Program-made: the position numbers and the translations under genes
The notes under the pieces: model-generated
Told to the model about the DNA's origin: nothing
Database searches by the model: none
What the model saw: the letters and a program-made list of their open reading frames with translations, nothing else
Origin: the human T2T-CHM13v2.0 reference genome, Homo sapiens
NCBI RefSeq assembly: GCF_009914755.1
Contig: NC_060947.1
Length of the DNA stretch: 64,000 bases
Reading direction: 5' to 3' (one strand)
Shown: in pieces, positions 25,682 to 39,800 of the stretch
Numbering within the stretch: position 1 is the first letter of the stretch
Layout of the letters: the number at the start of each line of letters is the position of its first letter

Positions 25682-28600
25682 GAAAGGGAGAAAGTCAAAA
25701 TTATCTTTTTTTGCAGATGACATAATCCTATATCTAGAAAACCCCATTGTCTCAGTCTAGAAGCTTCTTAAGCTGATAAACAACTTCAGCAAAATCTCAG
25801 CATATAAAATTACTCTGCAAAAATCACCAGCATTTCTATAAACCAAAAAAGGCAAGCAGAGAGCCACATAACAATTAAAATTCCATTCACAATTGCTACA
25901 AAAATAATAAAATACCTAGGAATACAGCTAACCATGGAGGTGAAGGACCTCTTTAAGGAGAATTATAAACCACTGATCAAAGAAATCAGAGAAGACAGAA
26001 ACAAATGAAGAAACATCCCATGCTCATGGATAAGAAGAATCAATATCATGAAAATGGCCATACTGACCAAAGTAATTTATAGATTGAATGCTTCTCATTA
26101 AACTATCATTGACATTCTTCACGGAATTAGAAGAAACTATTTTGAAATTCATATGGACCCAAAAAAGAGACCAAATAGCCAAGACAATTCTAAGCAAAAA
26201 GGACAAAGTTGGAGGCATCACACTACCCAACTTCGGACTATACTACAAGGGTATAGTAACTAAAACAGCATGGTACTTGTCCAAAAACAGATACATGGAC
26301 AAATGTAACAGGATAGATATTTCAGAAGTAAGGCGATACACCTACAAACATCTGATATTCAACAAACCTAACAAAAACAAAAAATAGGGAAATGACTTTG
26401 TATTTATGGTGCTGGGAGTGCTGGCTAGGCATGAGTAGAAAATTGAAACTGGACCCCTCCCTTAAACCATACACAAAAATGAACCAAAATGAATTAAAAA
26501 CTTAAATGCAAAATCCAAGGCTATAAAAGCCCGAGAAGAAAATCTAGACAATACCATTCAGGACATAGGCACAGGCAAAGATTTTATGATGAAATCAACA
26601 AACGCAATTGCAATAAAAACAAAAATTGACAAATGGGATCTAATTATACTAAAAAGCTTCTGCACAGCAAAAGAAACTCTCATCAGAGTGAATAGACAAT
26701 CTACAAAATGGGTGAAAATTTTTGCAACCTATCCATCTGACTAAGGTCTAATATCTAGAATCTAAACTTAGACAAATTTACAATTAAAATAGAAAGAACC
26801 CCATTAAAAAGTGGACAAAAGACATGAGCAGACACTTCTCAAAAGAAGACATTTATGCGGCCAACAAACATGAAAAAAAGCTCAACATCATTGATCATTA
26901 AAGAAACGAAATTCAAAACCAAAATGAGATACCATCTCATGCCAGTCAGAACAGTGATCATTAAAAAGTCAAAAAAACAACAGATGCAGGCAAGGTTGTG
27001 AAGAAGAAGAAGAAACACTTTTACACCGTTGATAAGTATGTAAATTAGTTCAATCATTGTGGAAGACAGTGTGGTGATTTTTCAAGGATCTAGAACCAGA
27101 AAAAATCATTTGACCCAGCAAACCCATTACTTGGAATATACCCAAAGGAATATAAATTATTCTATTATAAATATACATGCACATGTATGTTCATTGCAGC
27201 ACTAGATACAGTAGCAAAGACATGGAATCAAACTAAATGCCCATCAATAATAGACTGGATAAAGAAAATGTGGTACATACACACCATGGAATACTGTGAA
27301 GACATAAAAAGAAATGAGATCATGTCCATTGCAGGGACATGGATTGAGTTGGAAGCCATTATCCTCAGCAAACTAACATAGGAACAGAAAACAAAACACC
27401 ATATGTTCTCACTTATAAGTGGGAGCTGAATGATGAGAACACATGGATGGACACATGGTGGGGGGAACAACATACGATGGGGATTTTGGGGGTGTTGGGG
27501 GGAGGGAGAACATCAGAAAGAATAGCTAATGGATGCTGGGCTTAATAACTGGTTGATGAGATGATCTGTGCAGCAAACCACCATGGCACACGTTTACGTG
27601 TATAACGAACCTGCATATCCTGAACATGTACCCCTGAACTTAAAATTAGAAGAAAAAAAGGATTAAGAAAAACTTCTTCCAGCAACATAAAGTTGAGAAC
27701 CTAATGATTTAATGGATAATTATTATCAAACATTTAAAGAACTAATACAAATTTTTCTCAAACTATTCTTAAAAAAATAGAGGAGGATAAAACACTTTCA
27801 AAGTTTCTTAGGGGTCATTAGGTCATTATTATCCTGCTACCGAAATTAGACAAAGACTCATTGAAAAAAAAAAAACAAAAATATCTCTGATGAATATTGA
27901 TGCAAACATTCTCAGAAAAACACTAATAATCAGAATTCAACAACACATTAAAAAGATAATTCGTGATGACCAAGTGAGATTTATCACACAATGCAAATCA
28001 ATCAATGTGATACAGTATATAAAAAAAAGAAGGGATAAAAATCATATGATTTTTGTTTTCAATCATTTTCAACAGGTGCTGAAAAAATTGTTTGATAAAA
28101 TTCAACACTTCTTCATAATAAAAACCATCCAAAAACTGGATATAGAAGGAACACACCCCACCACCAATAAAGCCATATATGAAAGACCCAGTGCTGGTAT
28201 CACACTAAATGAGGGGAAAAAAAACTGAAAGCCTTTTTTCTAAGATCTGAAACAAGACAAGGGTGACCCATTTCACCACTGTTATTCAACACAGTACTGG
28301 AAGCCCTAGCTTGGACAACCAGTTAAGAGAAAGAAGTGCAGGACATCGAAATTGGAAAGGAGGAAGTAAAATGTTTCTTGTTTACAAATTATATAATCTT
28401 ATGTTTGTAGAAATTTAGATAATTCACCAAAAAACTATTAGAATAAATTCAGTAAAGTTGTAAGATACAAAATTAGCATAAAAAATCAGTAGCATTTTAA
28501 TATGCCAACAGAAAGCAATCTGAAAAATAAATTTTAAAAATTCCATTTACAATAGATACAAACAAAATAAGATAACCAGAAATAAACTTAACTAAACAGG

Positions 28601-29845
28601 TGACTGATCTCTACAATTAAAACTATAAAACATTGATGCAGGAAATTGAAGATGAAACAAAAAAATTGGAAAGATATTTTATGTTCATGAACAGGAAGAA
28701 TTAATATTGTTAGAATGTCCATACTACCCTAAACAATCTACAGATTTAAGCAAACCCTTATCAAAATACTAATGACATTCTTCATAAAAATTTTTAAACT
28801 CCTAATGTTTATATAAAACCACAAATGTCCTACAATAGCCAAAGCCATTTTGGGCAAAAATAAAATAAAATAAAATAACAAAAACTGGAGAAACCACATT
28901 ACTGGACTTCAAATTATACTACAGAACTCTAGTAACCAACATAGCATTGTACTGGAATAAAAATAGACACATAGACCAATGGAACACAATACAGAATAGA
29001 GAACTCATAAATAAGTCCACACATCTACCATAAAGTAATTTTCAAAAAAGGTGCCAAAGTCATGCAATGGGAAAATGACAGTTTCTTCAATTAATGGTGC
29101 TGGGAAAACTGGATATCGTACGCAAAAGAGTGAAACTTACCAGTGACTCCCAACATACACAAAAAACAATCAAAATTAGTTAATACCTAAATCTAAGACC
29201 TCAGACTATGAAATTACTAAAAGAAGACATTGGGTAAACTCTCCAGAAAACTGGTCTGGGCAAAGACTTATTCAATAATACCCCCAAAGCATAGGCAACC
29301 AAATAAATTGACAAATTAAATCACATCAAGTTAAAAAGCTTCTGCACAGCAATATAAACAATCAAAGAAGTAAAGAGACGACCAAAGAATGAGAGAAAAG
29401 ACATAAGGAGCTCAAACAACTCTATAGAAAATTCTAACTATCCACTTAAAAATGGACAAAAGATATGAATTGATACTTCTCAGAAGAAGAAATACAAAAG
29501 ACAAACAGAAATATAAAAAGGTGCTCAACATCATTGATCATCACAGAAATGCAAATCAAAACTGCAATGAGATATCTTCTCACCTCAGTAAAAAATGGCT
29601 TTTTTCCCAAACACAGGTAATAAATGCTGTTGAGAATGTGGAGAAAAGGGAACTTGTACATTGTTCATGGGAATGTAAGTTAAAGCAGAAATCCATGGAG
29701 GTTCCTTAAAAAAAAAACAAAAGATTGAACTACTATTTTATCTTTTAATTACATTACTGGATACTTATTCAGAGGAAATAAAATCAGTATGTCAAAAAGA
29801 TATCAGTATCCTTATGTTTATTGCAGCACTGTTCACAATGGCCAG

Positions 29846-29860
29846 TATCTATCTATCTAT

Positions 29861-29905
<45 letters not shown>

Positions 29906-30081
29906 ACATTTATTATATGTTTGGAGGTACATGTGAAGGTTTGTTACATAGGTAAACACGTGTCATGGGGGCTTACTGTACCTATTTTATCTCCCAAGTA
30001 TTAAGTCCAGTATGCAATAGTTATTTTTTCTGCTTTTCTCACTCCTCCCACCCTCCCCACTCAATTGGACCCCAGTGTCTG
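29846..30081 (-). mobile_element. L1PA13-like 3'-end fragment with (TTTA)n/(TCTA)n tail
   Basis: ggtacatgtgaaggtttgttacataggtaaac...ccccagtgtctg. Confidence 0.88.
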
Positions 30082-30091
30082 GGCAAGATTT

Positions 30092-33000
30092 AAAGGTGGG
30101 TGAAGCAAGATAAGGTCGTAGTCTGGCAGAGTTCCTTGTGGCAAATGGTAGCAGTGGCTATGGGGTAAAGACCCTCTGCCTTTGAAAAGGTGGGGGAAGA
30201 GTGGGAAGGATCACATCATGTTATTTGAGTTCTAGCTTGGCTGCAGTACAATAGAAAATTAGATATACTTCTAAGGATTTTGTCTCTATGACCTGACCCA
30301 AGGTAGGCATCTCTGTACCCACCCAGGGCCTTGGGGTACTCGCTATCCTAAATGGAAAGACACAGGCCAGGCTGGCTTTGCCAGCTGGCGATTGTAGAGC
30401 CCCAAGACCTTGAACAAAGTACGCAGTAACCAGGAAGTGGTTACAGAAGGCCTTGAGTTATACTCAGTACTCTGTTGGCTTCAGCTCTGACCCAGTGCAG
30501 TCACAGAGGTGGTGACCACAGGAGTGCTTGTGTTACTCCACCCTCAGCCTTAAGTGGCTCACCATAGAGATAGAGGCTTTGTTTGTTTGGGAGAAATAAA
30601 GGGAATAGAACACGACTATCCACCTGATAAACCATAGAATTTTTCAGGTCTTGTTTAAGACCATCAAGGCAGTACCTCTATGAATCTGCAAAAAAACACA
30701 GCATTACTGGGAATGTGGTGCTATCTAAAGCAGATAAAGCTTAGATAATAACACTCAAGTGTTTTCAAATATCTGGTAAGTATCACCAAGAAAAACAAGT
30801 ACAAACAAGCCCAGATAGTGAAGACTACAGTAAATACCAAACTCTTAAACGCCCAGACACAGAAGAAAATCTACTAGCCTCAATACCATCCAGGAAAACA
30901 TAACTTCACCAAATGAACTAAATAAGGCACCAGAGATCAATCCTGGAAAAAAAAAACAGAGATAAGTGAACTCTCAGACAGATAATTCAAAAGATGTGTG
31001 TTGAGGAAACTAAAATAAGTTCAAGGTAACACAGAAAAGAAATTCAGAATTCTTCAGATAAATTTAACAAAGACCTTAAGTAATTTAAAGCATGAAGCAG
31101 AAATTCTGTAGCTGAAAAATACAGTTGGTAGAATACCGTCAGAAGAAGCATCAGAGTTTTTTAATAGCAGAATTATCAAGAAGAAAAAGTTAGTGAGCTT
31201 GAAGACAGGCTATTTGAAAATATGCAGTCAGAGGAGACCAAAGAAAAAAAGAAGAAAAACAATGAAGCAAGCAAGTCTAAAGGATCTAGAAAATAACTTC
31301 AAAAGGAAAAACTTGAGACTTATTGGCCTTAGAGAGGAGGTAGAAAAAGAGATAGGGGTAAAAAAAATATTCAAAGGAATAATAACAGAGAACTTTTCAA
31401 ACACAAGCACTTGGCTTATATATATACACACATTCAACATTGGAGGACCCAGATATATATAGGAAATATTAGAGCTAAAAGAAACAGGTAGTCCACAATA
31501 GAATAATAGCTGGAGACTTCAACAACCCACTTTAAGCATTGGACAGATAGTCCATACAGATAATTAACAAAGAAACGTTTGACTGAATCTGCACTATAAA
31601 CCAAATTAATCTAATAGATATTTACACATTTCATCCAGTGGCTGCAGAATACACATTCTTCTTCTCAGCCCTTTGATCATTCTCAAGGATAAACTATATG
31701 TTAGGTCTCAAAACAAGTCTTAAAACTTTGAAAAAAACATTGAAACAATGTCAAGCATCTTTTCTGATGACAATAAAATAACACTAGGATCAGTAACAAG
31801 AAGACTTTTGAAACTACAAAAATACATGGAAATTAAACAATATGCTCCTGAATTACCAGTGGGTCAATGAAAAAACTAAGAAAAAAATTAAAATATTTTG
31901 AAACAAGTGATAATGGAAGCACAACACACCAAAACCTATTGAATATACCAAAATCAGTACTCAGAGAGAAAATTACAGCTATGAGTGCCTGCATCAAAAA
32001 AAGAAAACAATTGCAAATAAACAATGTAACAATGCCTCTTAAAGAAGTAAAAATGCAAAAGCAAACCAAACCAAATATTAGTAGTAGAAAATAAATATTA
32101 AAAATCATAGCAGAAATAAATTTGAAAAAAATACAAAAAATTAATTAAATATAAAGTTGTTTTGTTGAAAAGTTAAGCAAAATTGACAAACTATTGGCCA
32201 GACTAACACAAAAAGAAAGAAGATCTATATAAATAAAATTAGAAATAAAAAAGAAAACATTACAACAGATACTGCAAAAATGAAAAGTATAATTAGTGGT
32301 TACTATTATTAACAACTATATGCCAATAAGTTGAAAAATATAGAAGAAATAGGCAAATTCTTAGAAACATGTAAACTATGAAGAATGAACCAGGGAGAAA
32401 TCCAAAACCTTAACAGACTAATAACAAGTGATGAGCTCAAAGCCATAATAAAATGAATTCCAGAAAAAAAAAATGCTACAGGCCTTGTGGCTTCACTACT
32501 GAATTTTACCAAACATTTAAGGAATAATTAATACCAAACCTATTCAAACTATTCTGAAAAATAGAGGAAGAGGAAATACACCCAAACTCATTCTATGAGG
32601 TCAGTGTTAACCTGATATTAAAAAAAAAGAAAAGAAAAAAACACATTTAAAAAGGAAAATGACAGGACAATATATCTGATAAATATGAATGTGAGAATTC
32701 TAAACAAAATACTAAAAAACTGAATTCAACAAAACAGTAAAAGAATAATTTATCATGACCAAGTGGGATTTATCCACTTAGAATAAATACACATATCCAA
32801 CAATGTGATATATCTATAAAATAAAGGATAAAACTATATGATAATTGAAATTGATGACAAAAAAGGATTTGATAAAATTCAACATCGCTTTATGATAAAA
32901 TATCAAAAAATGGGTATACAGGAAACATATCTTAACACAACAAAAGACATCTATATCAGACACACCGCTAGTACCATACTAAATGAGGAAAAGTAGAAAG

Positions 33001-35253
33001 ACTTTCTCATGATATCTGGAACACATCAAGAATGACTGCTTTTTCCACTGTTATTTAACAAAATACTGGAAGCCCTAGCTAGAGCAATCAGACAAGAGAA
33101 AAACGTAAATGGCATCCAAATTTGAATGAAAGAAGACAAATCATGTTTGTTTGCAGATAATGTAATTGTATATCTGAAAAAATCCCAAGGCTCCACAAGA
33201 AAACTATTAGAACTAATAAACAAGTTCAAAAAAACATCAGGGTACAAAATCAACATAGAAAAATCAGTAACATTTCTATATGCCAACAGTGAGCAATCTG
33301 AAAAGACAATGAAAAAAGTAATTCCATCTACAATAGCCTCAAATAAAATTAAATACCTAGACATTGAACAAAGTAAAATATCTCTATAATGAAACCTAGA
33401 ACACTGATAAAAGTCCTTGAAGAGGATACCAAAAGAAGGAAAAATAGTTCATGTTTATGGATTGAAAAAATCAATATTGTTAAACTGTCCAAAATACTGA
33501 AAACAATCTCCAGATTCAATGCATGCCTATCAAAACACCACGACATTCTTCACAGAATTAGAAAAAACAATCCTAAAGTTTATATGGAACCAATAAACAC
33601 CCAAAATAGCCATAGCTACCTTAAGCAAAAAGAACAAAACTAGAGGAATCATATTACCTAACTTTAAATTATACTACAGAGCTATAGTCATGAAAACAGC
33701 ATGATTTTTTCTTCTTTTCTTTTTTTTTTAAAGACATGTAGAAAAAGAGAACAGGATAGAGAACTCAAAAACAAATTTACTAACTTACAGTTAACTCATT
33801 TTTTGACAAAGGTGCCAAAAACATACACTGGGGAAAAAACAGCCTCTTTAATCAATGGTGCTGGGGAAACTGAATATCCATATGCAGCAGATTTAAGCTA
33901 GACCTTTATTTCATGCCATATATAAAAATCGAATCAAAATCAATGAAAAACCTAAATCTAAGACATCAAATTGTGAAACTACTACAAGAAAACATTGGAG
34001 AAACTCTCCAGGACATTGGACTGGGCAAAAGTTTCTTGAGCAATACCCCACAAGCACAGACAAACAAAGCAAAAATGGACAAATTGGATTACATCAACTT
34101 AAAAAGTTCCTGAACAGTAAAGAAAAAAATCAACAAAGTGAAGCAACAACCTACAGAACGGCAGAAAATATTTGCAAACTCTCAATTTGACAAGGGATTA
34201 ATAACCAGAATATATAAGAAGCTCAAAGAAGTCTATAGGAAATGAAATCTAATAATCAGATTTAAAAATGGGCAAAAGAAGTGAACACATATTTCTCAAA
34301 ATAAGACTTACAAGCGACAAACAGTCATGGGAAAAGGGGCTCTATACTATTTTTTCATAACAGAATTGATAATCAAAACTACAATGAGATGTAATTTCAC
34401 CACAGTTGAAATGGCTCATATCAAAAAGACAGGCTACAAAGCTGGTAAGAATGTGTATAAAAGGGAACCTACTTACACTGTTGGTGGGAATGTGCATTAC
34501 TACAACCACTATGAGAACTGTTTAGAGTTTCCTCAAAAAAGTAAAATTACAGCTACTGTTATTTAGCAATCCCATTCCTATGTATATAACAAAAGAAAAG
34601 GAAATCAGTATACTGAATAGGTATCTGCACTTCTAATTTTGTTGCAGCACTGTTTAGAATAGCCAAGATTTGGAAGCAACCTAAGTGTTCATTAGCAGAT
34701 GAATGAATAAAGAAAATGTGGCATATGTACACAATGGAGTACTATTCAGCCATAAAAAATGAGATCTTGTCATTTGTCACAACATGGATGGAATTGGAGA
34801 TCATTATGTTAAATAAAATGCACCATGTACAGAAAAACAAACATTACATATTTTCACTTATTTGTAGGTTCTAAAAGTCAAAACAACTAATCTCATGGAC
34901 ATAGAGTAGACGTATGGTTACCAGAGGCTGGAAAGGGTAGTAAGGAGCTGGGAAAGAGGTGGGGATGGTTAATGGGCACAAAAAAATAGTAAGAATGAAT
35001 AAGAAATAATATTTCATCATACACCAGGGTGACTACAGTCAATGGTTACTTAATTGTACAGTTTAAAATAACTTTTAAAATGTGATTGCATTGATTGTAA
35101 CAAAGAGAATAAATGCTTAAGGGGATGTATATCACGTTCTCCATGATATAATTATTTTATATTGCATCCTTGTGTTAAAAATGTCTCATACACCCCACAA
35201 ATATATACACCTAAAAAATAAAAAATGAAATAAAAAGTAAAAACAAAAAAAAA
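30092..35253 (+). mobile_element. L1MA2-like LINE-1 with 5'UTR and an internal deletion at about 31400, nested in the host L1MA
   Basis: L1MA ORF1 start accatccaggaaaacataacttcaccaaatgaactaaataaggcacc; ORF2 remnants (SCLFADNVIVYL); 3'UTR caccccacaaatatatacacc with A tail. Confidence 0.9.
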
Positions 35254-35609
35254 ACAATAACCAAGTTTTGAAAGCAGCCTAAGTGTCCATCAAAAGATGA
35301 ATGAAGAAAACACGGTACATATACATAATGAAGTACTATTCAGCCATAAAAAAAAAAATTCTGTCATTTGCAATTACATGGATTGAACTGGAGGTCACTA
35401 TATTCAGTGAACTAAGATAGGCAAAAAAATGACAAGTTTCTCATGTTCTCACTTGGTTTGTTGGAACTAAAAATTAAAACAATTTATTTCATGGCTATAG
35501 AGGGTATAATGATGGTAACAAGAGACTGGGAAGGATAGTTAGTGGGTGGGGAGATTGTGGATGTTTAATGTGTACAAAACTATAATTAGATAGAATAAGA
35601 TCTAGTATT

Positions 35610-35672
35610 ATGTAACTAACCTGCATGTTTTGCACATGTACCCTAAAACTTAAAGTATAATAATAAAAAAAA
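35610..35672 (+). mobile_element. 63-bp young L1PA 3'-terminal insertion
   Basis: atgtaactaacctgcatgttttgcacatgtaccctaaaacttaaagtataataataaaa; TSD atctagtatt at 35600-35609 and 35673-35682. Confidence 0.9.
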
Positions 35673-36586
35673 ATCTAGTATTTGATAGCACAAGAAGGTG
35701 ACTACTGGTCAACAATAATTTATTGTGCATATTAAAATAACTAAAAGAGTACAATTAAATAATTAATAACACAAAGGAATGGCAAATGCTTGAGGTGATG
35801 GATATCTCATTTACAATGATGTGATTATTATTCATTGTATTCCTTCATAAATATATCGCATTTATCCTGCTGTGATTATTATTAATTGTATTCCTTTATA
35901 AATATATCTCATTATATACCTGCTATGTACACATAAAAATTAGAAATATAAAATAATTTAAAAATAGTTAAGACTTTATATAAAATCATAATAGATAGAA
36001 TGAGGCAGAAAATTAACAACAGAAGACCTGAATTAGTAAATTAGCTTAATGTGCTACATCCCAAGTAAAATTTCAGATTTTACAAGGGTTTAAACAATGG
36101 AATATACTCCAATTATTGGCCTTTTAGATAATGCAAGACAAAATACCAGGGTTTATTTTACTCTGAAATAGATTTGCCACATTTTAGACAATTTTCTAGT
36201 TTTCTCTTCTACTAGTTTCTACAATAGCCAACGACAGTCAAACTTGACAACTTTATTGTCCCCAAACCAAGCCTTAACTTTACCACTACTGTATCTGTGT
36301 TCATACTGAGCTCAGTACTTAAACTTCTTTCCTCTCAATGAACAGCCATTGAAATCATATCCATTCTCACAGGTCCATCTCAACAGCTCTCTCATGCAAG
36401 AGCCTCCCTTAAGCATCTCCACAATAAAGTCATAGATTCAAAGGTTTGGTGTGAGATTTGGAGGTCAAACTCCTCTTTCTAATTGTAAAAAAAAAAAAAA
36501 GAAAAGAAAAGAAAAAATGTAATTTTTACTCCCTTGAGTCACTTTTAGTTCTTATTCTTATTACACCGTATCTACTAAATCATACA

Positions 36587-36815
36587 CATATGCTCTCAAC
36601 TTATGATGAGGTTACTTCTCCATAAGCCCAACATATGTTGAAAATATTGTAAGTAAACTTGCATTTTTGACTTATGATATATTTTTGGCTTACAATGGGT
36701 TTATATGCATGTAAACCCACTGTAAGGTTAGGAGCATATCAAATTCAAATCACTTTCACAGCATTATATAGTTGAAAAATTGTAAGTCAAACCACCATAA
36801 GTCGAGGACTTTCTG
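36587..36815 (+). mobile_element. TcMar-Tigger MITE (MER47/Tigger5-like)
   Basis: Degenerate TIRs catatgctctcaacttatgatg and accataagtcgaggactttctg followed by TA. Confidence 0.8.
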
Positions 36816-39800
36816 TACTTCGAAGCGTATGAAAATGTGCCCTTCTTATGTCTGTATCTTGAACAACACTTAGCACTGTCCCTTGTGCTTAAAACTGGTA
36901 AAAATAAACACTGGTGAAAATAAGCAATTGAATTAATATATAAATTAATGTGAACATTGTACACTGGAAAAGCAAGAGATTATAAGGAGAACAGTGTGGC
37001 AGCTTCTGAAGTTACAACATGTGACAAAATCTGAAATACTATATGAGATATGTCTTTTATTGTATCCCCTATGTATCTATGAAACTTTATTTCGTAGCAG
37101 AATTGAATCTGTTATATAAGTTTGAAAAATGATACTATTGCTATTACTGTGATCCATGATTGTGGAATGCCTTACAGACATTTACAAAATACACTGCTAT
37201 GCTAGGCCTTGATGAATTTGAATTTCATTGTAGAAGAAGAGAGAATTTATAAAGAATGAAATCTACCTTAACTTGAATGACAATATTTGAGGTATTTTAA
37301 ATGAGCATTTAATCAAAATTTAGTCAAATGATAATATGGTAATTAAATATCCATTGTTTGCAGAAGGCCTCAGATTGAGTTTAATAAGCACATGAAAGAT
37401 AGAAGTCTGGTTACCATGAGCTCCCTGCATAAAGAAACAGACTGTGTTAAGAAAGGCATAATTGATTTAAAAAGCAACACTAGAGTTGTGACTCAAGCTA
37501 ATCCAATCTACTGCATTCTATTCACAAGGCAAATATCATCCTCTATTTCTGAGTTGTAAAATGAAACTACTTTATTGCAGCTATTTGTAGCTTCTTTACA
37601 TTTCTTGTTTTATTAGGGAGCTTCAGAATATATAAAAACCTAAAACATACTATGAAATTACGTGTCACAATTGCTCCAAAGACAGAGCACTTATTAGGAT
37701 AAATAGAATGTCTATAAAATTTGATGACTGAGGCTTTGCTTCCCACTTTTCCTTTTTAAAAAGAGCTTCATTACCTCTATTTTCACTTTTGTTTTTAATT
37801 TTTGTGGGTACATAGTATATATATATATTATATATATATATATATGCAGTACACGAGATATTTTGATACAAGAATACAATGCATAATAATAACATCAGTG
37901 TGAATGGGGTATCATCACCACAAGCATTTACCATTTTTTTGTTACTAACATTCCAATTATACTCCTTTAGTTATTTTAAAATGCACAACAACAAAAATAT
38001 TGTTGACAGTAGTCATCCTCCTGTGTTATCTAGATTTTATTTATTCTACCTAACAATATTTTTGTATCCATTAACCATCCCTATTTTCCCTACCTCACAT
38101 TACCCTTTCTAGCCTCTGGTAACCATCCTTCTACTGTATATCTCCATGAGTTCATTTTTTTTTCCTGTAATTTAGATCCCACAAGTGTGTGAGAACATGC
38201 AAAGTTTATCTTTCTGTATTTGACTTATTTTACTCAATGTAATAACTACTAGTTCCATCCATGTTGTTACAAATAACAGAATCTTGTGCTTTTTTATAGC
38301 TAAGTAGAATTTCATTTTGTATATGCAACACATTTTATTTATCCGTTTATCTGTTAATGAACATTTAGGATGCTTCCAAATCTGGACTATTGTGAATAGT
38401 GCTGCAATAAACTTAAGAGTGCAAATATCCCTTCACTATAGTGATTTCCTATATAGAGGGTATATACCTAACTATGGGATTACAAGATCATATGGTAGCT
38501 CTATTCTTAGTTTTTTGAAGAATCTCCAAACTGTTCTCCATAGTGGTTGTACTAATTTACATCTCCAACAACAGTGTACAAAGATTCCCTTTTCTTCGCT
38601 TCTTTGCCAGCATTTGTTATTGTCTGTCTTTTGGACATAAGCCATTTCAACTGGGGTGAGATGATATCTCATTATAGCTTTGATTTGCATGTATCTGATG
38701 ATCAGTGATGTTTAGCACCTTATCATATGTCTTTTTGTCATTTGTATGTCTTTTATTTTGAGAAATGTCTATTCAGATCTTTTTCTTTTTTATGTCAAAT
38801 TCTTAGATTTTTTCCTACAGAGTTGTTTGAGCTCCTTATATATTCTGGTTATTAATTCTTTGTCAAATGAATAATTTGCGAATATTTTCTCTCATTCTGT
38901 GAGTTTTCTCTTCACTTTGTTGATTGTTTCTTTTCCTGTGCAGAAGCTTTTTATCTTGATGTGATTCCATTTGTATATTTTTGCTTTGGTTGCCTGTGCT
39001 TTAAGAGTATTACTCAAACAAATCTTTGCCCAGACCAATGTCCTGGAGATCCCCAAATTTTTCTTTTTGTAGCTTCATAGTTTGTGAGCTTAAATATAAC
39101 TCATTAATACACTTTGTTTTGTCTTTCATATATTGTGAGAAATGTGGGTCTAACTTTATTCTTCTGCATATGGATATCCTGTTTTCCCAGCACCAATTAT
39201 TGAAGAAACTGTACTTTCTTCAATTAATGTTCTTTGCGTCTCTGTGGAATGTAAGTTCACTGTAGATGTGTGGATTTATTTAGGGGTACTATTCTGTTTC
39301 ATTGTTCTATGTGTCTCTTTTTTGCCAATACAATCCTGTTTTGGATACTAGAGATATGTAGTATAATTTGAAGTTAGGAAATGTGGTTCCTCCAGTTTGT
39401 TATTTTTGCTCAAAATTACTGACTATTCTAAGTCTTTTGTAATGTCATATAAATTTTAGGACTTTTTTTTATTTCCATGAAGAACATCATTGGTATTTTG
39501 ATAGAGATTGCACTGAATCTGTAGATTGCTTTTGGTGGTATGGACAGTTTAACAATATTGATTTTTTCAATTCGTGAACATGAAATATCTTTCTATGTTT
39601 GTGTCTTATTCAATTTTTTGAAGAACTATTGTATAATTTTTTATCTTAGAGATCTTTCATGTCTTTGGTTAATTCCTACATATTTTATTTTACTGGTAGC
39701 TATTATAAATAAGATTCCTTTATTGATTTCTTTTCAGATTGTTCACTGTTGGCATATAGAAATGATACTAATTTTTATGTTGATTTTGTCACCTACAATT

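Larger units (their letters stand above)
21446..27660 (+). mobile_element. Near full-length L1PA8-11-like LINE-1 (partial 5'UTR, decayed ORF1 about 22112-23330, ORF2 from about 23397)
   Basis: ORF1 C-terminus PRISYPAKLSFMSEGEI; EN motif EGHYIMVKGSIQQE; RT FADD codons at about 25711; 3'UTR gctaatggatgctgggcttaata. Confidence 0.95.
21203..35965 (+). mobile_element. Host L1MA (L1MA3/4-like) in three pieces: 21203-21445, 27661-29845, 35254-35965
   Basis: ORF2 is colinear across the gaps (gaagccataac... resumes ...ccagcaacataaag; cacaatggcc... resumes caataaccaagttttgaaagcagcctaag); L1MA 3'UTR ends gctatgtacacataaaaatt. Confidence 0.85.

Noticed and set aside
23397-27400. Functional L1 ORF2
   Set aside because: Broken into short ORFs by many stops and frameshifts and by an insertion next to the RT motif.
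36820-37780. Possible exon or pseudogene in the spacer
   Set aside because: No recognisable protein similarity or splice structure; frames close quickly.
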